Assembly: GCA_043739185.1 (NCBI GenBank)
Contig: JAYUEN010000386.1
Span: 32,001-96,000, forward strand
Source of the DNA: Bdellovibrionales bacterium
GTDB lineage: Bacteria; Bdellovibrionota; Bdellovibrionia; Bdellovibrionales; JAMPXM01
Length of the DNA stretch: 64,000 nucleotides
Direction: 5' to 3'
The notes under the pieces were generated by a model. The model searched no databases. It was not told the DNA's origin and worked only from the letters and a program-made list of their open reading frames with translations. The translations under genes were made by a program, and so were the position numbers. This document shows positions 10,170 through 19,158 of this stretch, piece after piece. Positions within the stretch are counted from its first letter, which is position 1; each line of letters opens with the position of its first letter.

Positions 10170-10933
10170 TATTTGTCTCCGAAAAAATTGCGTTTGGTGA
10201 CATTTAGAAAATCAGAGCCAAAATTATTGAGGTCAATTTCAATTTTGCGAATACGACCTATAAAATAATTATAAGCCACCACGGCAGGAATCGCTGCAAA
10301 GAGTCCGACAGCTGTTGAGAACAGGGCTTCTGCAATTCCGGGCGCGACTACGGCGAGGCTTGCCGAGCCACTGCTCGCGATATTTGAAAAGGAGGACATA
10401 ATTCCGATAACGGTTCCGAGGAGGCCCACAAAAGGTGCCGTGCTTCCTGTGGTTGCCAAGAAGTTAAGTTTGGATTCAGCATGAGAAACTTCAGTGCCTA
10501 TAGATTTTTGAATGGCACGCTCTAAATTATCGAGTCCAGATAACTTCAGATTTTCAGAGTCGGATTGTTTTGCCAAATTTGAATCGGCGATCCTTTGTAG
10601 CTCGTTATATCCCGCTACAAAAACTTTGCTTAAATTTCCCGAAGCATATTCGTCAATTTTATTGTGAACATTTTCTAAAGCTTTCGCCTTCCAAAAAAAA
10701 TCACTAAAGTTTTGATTTGCAATCTGCATACTTTGAAACTGTCTGAGCTTTGCATAAATAATTGCCCAAGACATGACCGAAGCAGCCAATAATAGAAGTA
10801 GCAAAAACTGCACGGGAAGGCTTGCCGCTAAAACGGCATCTAGCACTCCGGCTTTTACGCCAATGTGAGCGCTACTCGCTGCGAGTGCTTGCGGACTACA
10901 AAGAAACAGAAAATGAAACAATTGATTTATCAT
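10169..10933 (-). CDS. tolQ: TolQ/ExbB proton channel
   Basis: LATTGSTAPFVGLLGTVIGIM and VAPGIAEALxxTAxGLFAAIPAV motifs. Confidence 0.92.
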   Translation of the reverse strand: MINQLFHFLFLCSPQALAASSAHIGVKAGVLDAVLAASLPVQFLLLLLLAASVMSWAIIYAKLRQFQSMQIANQNFSDFFWKAKALENVHNKIDEYASGNLSKVFVAGYNELQRIADSNLAKQSDSENLKLSGLDNLERAIQKSIGTEVSHAESKLNFLATTGSTAPFVGLLGTVIGIMSSFSNIASSGSASLAVVAPGIAEALFSTAVGLFAAIPAVVAYNYFIGRIRKIEIDLNNFGSDFLNVTKRNFFGDK

Positions 10934-11039
10934 AGTCCAAACAGATTAAAGCCTTCGTCAGGCTCTGTAAAAGAATAAATTTTCTTTCTATCGCAGCTCG
11001 CAATTGAGCATTGAAAAAACTCGATGACTTTTTATGGAT

Positions 11040-11975
11040 TTACCGACCGAAGTCGTGCTTTTCAAAAAAATCTTTAAGGGCCGTGGGGTGATTCGTGATA
11101 ATGCCATCCGCTCCGAGTTTAATCAGATCTGCGGCATCAGATGCGTTTTGTGCGTTGCCAGCAAAAACTTTGAGCGAACGCCGATGTGCCTCTTGAATCA
11201 TCTGTTCATTTATATGTATGCGCAGTGAGTTTCGCACTCGTTCAGAAGTATTTTCGACGATGAGAAGATCCGAATCAAGAGGGGCAATACTTGCTAAAAA
11301 AACATTTGCCAAGATCATCAGTTGTGTAAGTTGGGGAGTGCTGGCGCCATAAAGGAGCATTGGGGCCAGCTTTCGAGTTTCTTTTAAAACCTTGTCGCGT
11401 TCGCTTGTGATGATAAAGCGTTTTGTTTGATCATTGTATTCGAGAGCCTTAACCAATTGCTGTTCCATCCCGGTTGAGTCATCGGCCAAATTAATTATGA
11501 ATCGATGCTTTGGGAACTTCTTAAGCAATTGACTGAGCTCAAGAATATGAAGAGCTTTTCCTCTAAAGGGGTGCTCTTGCTTTTGATTTTGATAACTATA
11601 GCCAGAGTCGACTTTTTGAATCTGTTCGAAATTGAGAAGAGGTACAAATGAATTTTCGACTCCGTAAATTGCTAAATCTTGATGTCGAGTGACGACGGGA
11701 ACTCCGTCCTTTGAAAGCATGACATCGGCCCACAAAATAACTTGAGGGTCTAAGGCTGCGGCAGCTTCAAATGCGGGAAGGGAGTCTTCAGGAAACTCAA
11801 AGCTTTCCCCGCGAAGGGCAATCAGTAGTTGGGATTCCTTTGCTCCAAAAAATCCATCTTGAAAGGCAATATGGGGCCGACTGAGGCCCTTATTACTCAA
11901 ATAAAACCAAGCTACAAAAACACTGATTATAACCAAAAGCATAACCAGCGAGAAACTCTTAAGCGTTGCGGCCAC
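11040..11975 (-). CDS. Glycerophosphodiester phosphodiesterase (GDPD)-like protein, catalytic residues degenerate
   Basis: IALRG, PEDSL, DVMLSKDGVPVV and GADGIITNHP match the GDPD scaffold. N-terminal TM. Confidence 0.8.
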   Translation of the reverse strand: MAATLKSFSLVMLLVIISVFVAWFYLSNKGLSRPHIAFQDGFFGAKESQLLIALRGESFEFPEDSLPAFEAAAALDPQVILWADVMLSKDGVPVVTRHQDLAIYGVENSFVPLLNFEQIQKVDSGYSYQNQKQEHPFRGKALHILELSQLLKKFPKHRFIINLADDSTGMEQQLVKALEYNDQTKRFIITSERDKVLKETRKLAPMLLYGASTPQLTQLMILANVFLASIAPLDSDLLIVENTSERVRNSLRIHINEQMIQEAHRRSLKVFAGNAQNASDAADLIKLGADGIITNHPTALKDFFEKHDFGR

Positions 11976-12240
11976 TATTTAACCATCCGATTGTATTCAC
12001 TAAAGTTAGGACTCATTCACGGACAAAAACAACAATATACGCCAAAAAAAGACCTATTTCTGTTGACCATATCAAGCTTTTCAATTAACTTTCATTGGCG
12101 CTGGCAAAGCCTTTAAGCCCGTGAAAATACTTAAAGGCCGCCAGCAAGATAGCGAACAAAACTTGAAAACCCAACTAAAAAATCCCATTCGATAGCGAAT
12201 CGAAGCGAATTTGAATAAGAGGGAAGAAAAGTAAAAAATT

Positions 12241-12705
12241 ATGAATAAGATCAACCGAAAATTAGAATATGCCTTGATCGCGCTCAAGCATATGAAGACA
12301 CGGGCTCCAGGCGAATTGTCTACAGCAAAAGAGATTAGCCAACATTTTAATATGCCCTTCGATGCCACCGCAAGAGTGATGCAAATACTCGCACAAAAAG
12401 GAATCTTAAAATCAGAGCAAGGAGTAAATGGTGGTTATCAAATCGTAAAAGATTTAAGTAAATTATCGCTCGGCGATTTGATGAGTTTTATTTTGGGGCC
12501 ACTTCACTTGGCCAAATGCTTACATAAAGGAAATAATGTTCATGATGCCTGTGAGATTTTAGAGCAATGTTCAATCATGTCCCCAATGGCCAATCTCAAC
12601 CGAAAGCTTAATGATTTTTATGCCTCGATTAATCTCGCGGAATTACTCGATCCGAAGGCGATCAAAAGCGAAAGCTTTGCAGAGGTGAGACCTTATGGAC
12701 ACTAA
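12241..12705 (+). CDS. Rrf2-family transcriptional regulator (IscR/SufR-like)
   Basis: [16 protein letters not shown] wing, three C-terminal Cys. First gene of the suf operon. Confidence 0.9.
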   Translation: MNKINRKLEYALIALKHMKTRAPGELSTAKEISQHFNMPFDATARVMQILAQKGILKSEQGVNGGYQIVKDLSKLSLGDLMSFILGPLHLAKCLHKGNNVHDACEILEQCSIMSPMANLNRKLNDFYASINLAELLDPKAIKSESFAEVRPYGH

Positions 12706-14143
12706 ATCTTCAAAAGCGGTCGATCTTGCTCCAGAATATAAATACGGTTTTGTAACCGATATTGAAGCGGACGAAGTGCCACGCGGATTAAATGAAGATA
12801 TAGTGCGTACAATTTCTGCCAAAAAAAATGAACCAGTTTGGATGCTTGAGTATCGCCTCAAGGCCTACAAGCATTGGCAAAGCATGCAAGAACCTACTTG
12901 GGCGAATGTGCACTATCCAAAAATTGATTTCAATGATATCATTTATTTTTCAGCGCCAAAAAAGAAAACCGGAGAAGGCCCAAAGTCACTTGATGAGCTT
13001 GATCCTGAGTTGGTCAAAACTTTTGAGCGTCTTGGTATTCCGCTTTCAGAGCAAAAAAGAATTAGTGGCGTTGCCGTAGATGCGGTTTTTGACTCAGTTT
13101 CAGTGGGGACAACCCATCAAGAAGATCTCAAAAAAGTGGGCGTCATATTTTGCTCAATTTCAGAGGCAATGCATACTCATCCCGAAATCATTAAAAAATA
13201 TTTAGGTAGTGTCGTTCCGTTTGCAGATAATTTTTATGCTGCTTTGAATGCTGCCGTTTTTACAGACGGATCTTTTGTCTATATACCAAAAGGTGTTCGT
13301 TGTCCGATTGATTTATCAACTTATTTTCGAATCAATGCTCAAGATACCGGACAGTTTGAAAGAACTCTCATTATTGCGGAGAGTGGCAGCTTCGTTAATT
13401 ATCTCGAGGGTTGCACGGCTCCGCAAAGAGATGAAAATCAATTGCATGCTGCAGTTGTCGAACTCATTGCCCATGATGATGCTGAAATCAAATATTCAAC
13501 CGTGCAAAATTGGTATACTGGCGATCAAAACGGTCGTGGTGGCATTTATAATTTTGTCACCAAGCGCGGAAAGTGCCAGGGCAAGAATTCAAAAATAAGT
13601 TGGACTCAAATTGAAACCGGATCCGCCATTACCTGGAAGTATCCAAGCTGTATCTTGCTAGGAGATCACTCTCAAGGAGCGTTTTACTCGGTCGCATTGA
13701 CTCACGACCATATGCAAGCCGATACCGGAACGAAAATGATTCACATTGGGAAGAACACCAAGAGTACCATTATTTCAAAGGGCATTTCGACCGGGCATTC
13801 CAGTAATTCTTATCGTGGTCAGGTTAAGATCATGGCCAGTGCAGAGGGTGCCAGAAATTACTCTCAATGTGACTCGATGTTGGTGGGAGCCAATTGCTCT
13901 GCCAACACCTATCCCTATATTGAAGTTAAAAATAAATCTGCGATTTTAGAGCACGAAGCCAGCACCTCACGTATCAGCGAAGATCAAATTTTTTATTTAA
14001 AATCCCGCGGAATCGATAGTGAAGCATCGATTTCACTCTTAGTTAATGGGTTTTGTCAGGATGTCTTTAAGCAGCTCCCTCTCGAATTTTCAGTCGAAGC
14101 GGTAAAGCTGATCGAAATGAAACTAGAAAATAGCGTAGGTTAA
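12695..14143 (+). CDS. sufB: Fe-S cluster assembly protein SufB
   Basis: [41 protein letters not shown] and ADTGTKM motifs. Confidence 0.97.
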   Translation: MDTKSSKAVDLAPEYKYGFVTDIEADEVPRGLNEDIVRTISAKKNEPVWMLEYRLKAYKHWQSMQEPTWANVHYPKIDFNDIIYFSAPKKKTGEGPKSLDELDPELVKTFERLGIPLSEQKRISGVAVDAVFDSVSVGTTHQEDLKKVGVIFCSISEAMHTHPEIIKKYLGSVVPFADNFYAALNAAVFTDGSFVYIPKGVRCPIDLSTYFRINAQDTGQFERTLIIAESGSFVNYLEGCTAPQRDENQLHAAVVELIAHDDAEIKYSTVQNWYTGDQNGRGGIYNFVTKRGKCQGKNSKISWTQIETGSAITWKYPSCILLGDHSQGAFYSVALTHDHMQADTGTKMIHIGKNTKSTIISKGISTGHSSNSYRGQVKIMASAEGARNYSQCDSMLVGANCSANTYPYIEVKNKSAILEHEASTSRISEDQIFYLKSRGIDSEASISLLVNGFCQDVFKQLPLEFSVEAVKLIEMKLENSVG

Positions 14144-14180
14144 ATGTGGCGCTTCAGTGCACAAAGGTGAAGGATAAAAA

Positions 14181-14933
14181 ATGTTAGAGATTCAAGATTT
14201 GCACGCTCAAATTAACGACAAGCCAGTTCTCAAGGGTCTGAACCTTAAAATAAATGCTGGCGAAGTTCATGCCATCATGGGACCCAATGGTTCAGGCAAG
14301 AGTACATTTTCGAAAGTTCTTTCGGGGCATCCTGATTATGAAGTAACCGGAGGCAAGGTATTGTACGAAATCAATTTCAAGTTAAAGGATCTGCTTGAGC
14401 TTGCGCCAGAGATGCGTGCGCGAGAAGGGGTCTATATGGCCTTTCAATATCCGATTGAAGTACCAGGTGTTAGTAATTTTAAATTTTTGCAAATGGCTTT
14501 TAATTCAATTTGCAAACACCACGGCGCTCCTGAAATGAATAATGAGAAGTTTTTAGAATTCGTAAAATCAAAAATGAAAACGATAGGTATGGACGAAAAA
14601 TTTTTGGACCGCGCCGTCAATGTTGGCTTTTCTGGTGGAGAAAAGAAGCGCAATGAAATTCTACAGATGGCCGTACTTTCACCTCGGCTTGCGATTTTAG
14701 ATGAAACCGATTCAGGACTCGATATTGATGCGCTAAAGGTTGTCGCCGAAGGCGTCAACAAGCTCAAAAGTAAAAGCAATGCAATTATTTTAATTACACA
14801 CTATCAGCGCCTCTTAAACTATATTGTTCCCGATTTTGTACATGTGCTTTCAGAGGGAAAAATCATTGAAAGTGGAGACAAGAATCTAGCGCATAAGCTT
14901 GAAGAAAAGGGTTACGATTGGCTGATTCAGTAA
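14181..14933 (+). CDS. sufC: Fe-S assembly ATPase SufC
   Basis: GPNGSGKS, FSGGEKKRNEI, LDETDSGLDIDAL and ITHYQRLL motifs. Confidence 0.97.
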   Translation: MLEIQDLHAQINDKPVLKGLNLKINAGEVHAIMGPNGSGKSTFSKVLSGHPDYEVTGGKVLYEINFKLKDLLELAPEMRAREGVYMAFQYPIEVPGVSNFKFLQMAFNSICKHHGAPEMNNEKFLEFVKSKMKTIGMDEKFLDRAVNVGFSGGEKKRNEILQMAVLSPRLAILDETDSGLDIDALKVVAEGVNKLKSKSNAIILITHYQRLLNYIVPDFVHVLSEGKIIESGDKNLAHKLEEKGYDWLIQ

Positions 14934-16249
14934 GTTTTTCAAATTTAGATAAAGCACTCTCGGCTGCAAAAATCCTTTCACAGCCTTGGTATTCGCATTT
15001 CTCAGGGGTATCTTTTGATTCTGAAGCGGCAGAGCTCATGCAAAATTGCACTTGGCCAAGTACCAAAAAAGAAGCTTGGAAGTATACAAATATTTTAAGC
15101 CTTGCCCAACTCGATTTTTGGCTGCCAGAACAAAATCTTCCCCCGGTTTTGCCAAGTGAATGGCAGACATTATTGAATGATGACTTCGATTCGAGTTATG
15201 TTTTTTGGAATGGCGTTTTTTGTCCAGCACTATCCAAAATAAAAAAGACGCAAGAATATAGTTTTTCACGCCTATCAGGCTTGTCATCAAATGCGGGTGC
15301 AGAAAATCAAAAGTCTTTAAAATGTGAAGTTGAGTCTTCAAGCGAATTGGAGCGAATCAATAGGCTATTGTTAAGTGACCTATTTACTTTTGAGGTTCAA
15401 AAAAACACCAAACTTAAAAAGCCCGTCGCATTCCTTTTCATGAATTCCTCAGAATTGAATCGACCGCAAATTCACAGTTCACGCCTCAGATTCACAATGA
15501 ACGAATTTTCAGAAGCAAGTGTTCTAGAAATTCATGCCGGATTGAAATCTAACCCGAATCAAGTAGAGAGTCATTTTACAGAAGCGAAACTGCAAGTATC
15601 ATCTCAGTTTGAACATATCTTTATGAACGCAACAGCAGCGGGCTACTCAAACTTTTTTACCAAAAAATTTGAGCTATCACGCTCCAGCCAGTTGAAGTCG
15701 CTTCACCTCGATCTTGGCGGCGACCTCAGCCGTACCGAGACTTTTGTAAATTTAAATGAACCTCTCGCCGAAGCTTTTGTTAATGGAGTATATCTGGCCC
15801 AGGATAAGCAGCATATAGATCATGAGGGGATTATTAGTCACAAATCACCAGAAACCATTAGCCATCAATGCTTCAAGGGAATATTAAGCGATTTTTCTAA
15901 AGGGGTATTTAATGCGAAAGTTCGAATCGAGCCGGGGGCTTCAAAATCGAGCGCCGCGCAATTAAATAAGAATTTATTGCTTAGCAGGAAGGCTGAAATC
16001 AATTCTCTTCCGCGCCTCGAAATATTCAATGATGATGTCAAGGCCACTCACGGATCAGCATCGGGCCAATTGGATCCAGAGCAAATTTTTTACTTATGTT
16101 CTAGAGCGCTTTCAAAGGATCAGGCCATTCAATTCTTGGTTGAAAGCTATGCATTCGAAATGCTTGAAAATATGAATCCGGTTTTGGCGAATAAAGTTGG
16201 CCCGTTTGTTTCCTCGAAATTGGCCCGATTTCAAGTGGGCGATTTATGA
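14918..16249 (+). CDS. sufD: Fe-S assembly protein SufD
   Basis: EAWKYT, NKNLLLS and PRLEIFNDDVKATHG motifs; position in the operon. Confidence 0.9.
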   Translation: MADSVSFSNLDKALSAAKILSQPWYSHFSGVSFDSEAAELMQNCTWPSTKKEAWKYTNILSLAQLDFWLPEQNLPPVLPSEWQTLLNDDFDSSYVFWNGVFCPALSKIKKTQEYSFSRLSGLSSNAGAENQKSLKCEVESSSELERINRLLLSDLFTFEVQKNTKLKKPVAFLFMNSSELNRPQIHSSRLRFTMNEFSEASVLEIHAGLKSNPNQVESHFTEAKLQVSSQFEHIFMNATAAGYSNFFTKKFELSRSSQLKSLHLDLGGDLSRTETFVNLNEPLAEAFVNGVYLAQDKQHIDHEGIISHKSPETISHQCFKGILSDFSKGVFNAKVRIEPGASKSSAAQLNKNLLLSRKAEINSLPRLEIFNDDVKATHGSASGQLDPEQIFYLCSRALSKDQAIQFLVESYAFEMLENMNPVLANKVGPFVSSKLARFQVGDL

Positions 16250-17481
16250 AAGCACAAGAGAACTTAAATTTTGATTTGGCCAAGATTCGCAAAGATTTTT
16301 CGATATTAAATCAAAAAGTTCACGGAAAAAGCTTAGTCTATTTTGATAATGCGGCGTCAAGTTTGAAGCCGGATTGTGTGATCAATCGAATTCAAAAATA
16401 CTATCTCGAAGAAGTTTCAAATATTCACAGAAGTTCGCACTTTTTAGGTTCACAGGGAACCCTCAACTATGAGGGATCTCGAGAGCTGGCTCAAAAATTG
16501 ATTGCGGCACAAGATGCGTCCGAAATTATTTTCACCCGAGGGACAACTGAGGCCATTAATTTAGTCGCGATGAGTTGGGGTCAAAGTTTGAAGACTGGTG
16601 ATGAAATCATTCTGTCCGAACTTGAGCACCATTCAAATATTGTGCCCTGGCAACTAATTGCTGAACAAAGGGGCGCAGTTATTAAAGTGATTGAAGTCAA
16701 CTCAGAGGGAGAGCTTCAGTTTGAAGGTTTTAAAAAACTTTTAAGTAAAAAGACAAAAGTGCTGGCCCTTACAATGTGTTCAAATACCCTCGGCAGCATC
16801 ATTGATACCAAGAAATATATTGATCTGGCTCATGAAGTTGGTGCTTTGGTTTTACTTGATGCAGCTCAACTTATCAGCCATCACAATATAAATGTTCAAG
16901 TCTTAAACTGTGACTTTCTTGCCTTTTCCGGACACAAAATGTTTGGTCCTTATGGCATCGGAGTACTCTATGGGAAAAAGAAACTTTTAGAGGAAATGCC
17001 GCCTTTTCAAGGTGGCGGCAGTATGATTTCAGAAGTTCGATTTGAAAAGACGACCTACGCAGATTTACCTCAAAAATTTGAAGCCGGAACACCCTCAATA
17101 GCAGATGCCATTGGCTTGGGCGAGGCTATTCAGTATTTAGATCGTAAAGAAATTCAAGCGGCAAGCATTGAAACCAGTCGATTGTTAGATTATGCGACTC
17201 AAGAATTTCAAAAGATACCCGGCCTTCGCATACTTGGGCCCGAAATTGAGAAGACTCCGATAGTTAGTTTTACCATCAAGGGTATTCACCCATCCGATTT
17301 AGGTAGCCTTATTGATCAAGAAGGTATTGCAATACGTACGGGTCATCATTGTACCCAGCCCCTGCTTCGCAAACTGGGTTTGACCTCAACTGCGCGGGCC
17401 TCATTTTCAATTTATAATACTCAAGATGAAGTAGATTTTTTTGTTGAAGCTGTATTGAAAGCGAAAGGTTTATTACAATGA
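16246..17481 (+). CDS. sufS: Cysteine desulfurase SufS
   Basis: YFDNAASS, FSGHKMFGP (PLP Lys) and RTGHHCTQPL (group II desulfurase). Confidence 0.95.
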   Translation: MKAQENLNFDLAKIRKDFSILNQKVHGKSLVYFDNAASSLKPDCVINRIQKYYLEEVSNIHRSSHFLGSQGTLNYEGSRELAQKLIAAQDASEIIFTRGTTEAINLVAMSWGQSLKTGDEIILSELEHHSNIVPWQLIAEQRGAVIKVIEVNSEGELQFEGFKKLLSKKTKVLALTMCSNTLGSIIDTKKYIDLAHEVGALVLLDAAQLISHHNINVQVLNCDFLAFSGHKMFGPYGIGVLYGKKKLLEEMPPFQGGGSMISEVRFEKTTYADLPQKFEAGTPSIADAIGLGEAIQYLDRKEIQAASIETSRLLDYATQEFQKIPGLRILGPEIEKTPIVSFTIKGIHPSDLGSLIDQEGIAIRTGHHCTQPLLRKLGLTSTARASFSIYNTQDEVDFFVEAVLKAKGLLQ

Positions 17482-18053
17482 CCGACACCATTGATAAAGA
17501 AGAAGTTTTGGTAAGAGTTTTGCCTACGCCAAATCCCAATGCCATTAAATTTGTGGTGAATAAAACACTCAAGTCAGTAGGCAAAGCAACATTCACCAAA
17601 CCAAGTGAAGCCTTTGGAGTCATGCTCGCAGAAGAAATATTTCATATTGAAGGAGTTCGGCAGCTTCACTTTTTTGAAAATGTATTAACTGTAACCCACG
17701 CCGAAGAGGTAGATATTGAAAAGCTAAAGGACGAAGTCGGCGCCATTATTCAAACGCGTATTGGGGTTCATGATCCAGAATTTTTAACTGAAGAAGAAAA
17801 TAAAAAGGTCGATCGCTCGAAGTTGCCACTCGAAGTTCAGCAAATTGAAGAGATATTAGATCGCACCGTACGCACCTATTTACAGGGTGACGGGGGTGAC
17901 ATTGAAGTAATTGGCTACAAAGATCATCGTGTGGACATTCGCTATCAAGGGGCCTGTGGCACCTGCCCGAGCTCTTCAGCCGGAACACTCGACGCCATTC
18001 ACGGAATTTTACAAGAGCAATTTGATCCGCTCATTGAAATTAACTTAGTCTAA
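17478..18053 (+). CDS. Nfu/NifU-family Fe-S carrier (Nfu_N + NifU_C)
   Basis: TPNPNAIKF N-terminal domain; DGGDIE...YQGACGTCPSS with CxxC. Confidence 0.9.
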   Translation: MTDTIDKEEVLVRVLPTPNPNAIKFVVNKTLKSVGKATFTKPSEAFGVMLAEEIFHIEGVRQLHFFENVLTVTHAEEVDIEKLKDEVGAIIQTRIGVHDPEFLTEEENKKVDRSKLPLEVQQIEEILDRTVRTYLQGDGGDIEVIGYKDHRVDIRYQGACGTCPSSSAGTLDAIHGILQEQFDPLIEINLV

Positions 18054-18065
18054 AAAACAAGAAGT

Positions 18066-18497
18066 CTATTTTGGTGGAGGCAGGCTTGAGCTTGGGCCTC
18101 TTTCAGCCTCAATCTTTTTTGCAAGCGCCTCGATCTTAGCGATTTCTTCAGGTGTCAGCATTTTAATAAAGTCTTCAGGTTTTTTTTGAGTTTCTGCATT
18201 CATCAGTTTTGCGTCGCCGTTGGTTTTTTGAGTCATAGTCGCCATCACTTCAGAGACGAGTTCATAGAGTTCTTCTTTATGTTTTGCTCCAACAAATTCC
18301 TCAGCTGATTTCATTGTGGCCGCGGCTTTGGGCGACTGCTTTCCTGCCTCTTCACGCTGTTTTGGGTCACGCAATAAGGCTTGGGTTTTAGCCAGAGCCT
18401 CATCATTTATAGCTTTGTCGTCGGCATAGCCAAGATAGGGGAAAATTAATACGAGTAAAAAGATAAGTATGACGCCGCGAAGTGCTTTTATTGCCAT
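18066..18497 (-). CDS. Secreted hypothetical protein, predicted helical
   Basis: Signal-peptide-like N-terminus; overlaps the upstream gene's stop. Confidence 0.7.
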   Translation of the reverse strand: MAIKALRGVILIFLLVLIFPYLGYADDKAINDEALAKTQALLRDPKQREEAGKQSPKAAATMKSAEEFVGAKHKEELYELVSEVMATMTQKTNGDAKLMNAETQKKPEDFIKMLTPEEIAKIEALAKKIEAERGPSSSLPPPK

Positions 18498-19147
18498 AAT
18501 CTATATTCCTCTTGAGTTTCTTCTCGTGATTTATTTTTTAATAAAACCAATTTTCTCTGTTCAAGAGCCTGTCGCTCTAAATTCAATTGGTCAGCGGTAT
18601 TATACTGTGCCGTCTGGCCCATTTTGATCTCATTTTGCAGATAACTTGCTTCGAAATAAATCTGGCGATTTTCGAGTGTCTCTGCCCTAAATTTAAAATA
18701 AACTTGTTCAATATCGCCCGCCTCGAGGTTCAATATGATTGGTGATGACAAGGGCGCAATCGGGAAAATATCTTTAGGGTAATGCCAAGTGATTTGAACT
18801 GGGCCAAGCTGGCGCTCAATTTTCACAGTACCCACAATTTCGAATTCTTTTTCGAGTTGTAGTGGGGTCGCAGTTCGACTTGAAATCTCAACACTGAGAG
18901 CACCATGTGGTTTTTTTAGTTCATGCAAAAGGCTATTTTTTTGAGGTGCTTTGAGGCGCTCCTGCTTGCTGTCATCAGCAGGAACATTTACATCTATTCG
19001 GGCTGGAGCCAGGCTAGTCGGATGGCGACTGCTTTTGCTGTCGGTGTCTTCGAGATACTGATTTTTAACCGCAAGAAATGCCAAATAGCTTAGGAGCAAA
19101 ATGCTCAAGGGAAGACTCATGAGTTTTAATTTTTCATGCCATTTCAT
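18488..19147 (-). CDS. Membrane-anchored hypothetical protein
   Basis: Probable start ATG 19147 with a GGAG SD just after the upstream stop. N-terminal TM followed by a beta-rich region. Confidence 0.65.
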   Translation of the reverse strand: MKWHEKLKLMSLPLSILLLSYLAFLAVKNQYLEDTDSKSSRHPTSLAPARIDVNVPADDSKQERLKAPQKNSLLHELKKPHGALSVEISSRTATPLQLEKEFEIVGTVKIERQLGPVQITWHYPKDIFPIAPLSSPIILNLEAGDIEQVYFKFRAETLENRQIYFEASYLQNEIKMGQTAQYNTADQLNLERQALEQRKLVLLKNKSREETQEEYRLWQ

Positions 19148-19158
19148 TCGTGTCTCCG

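Noticed and set aside
12081..12368. 95-aa minus-strand ORF overlapping the rrf2 start
   Set aside because: Overlaps a well-supported gene and its promoter region; no protein features.
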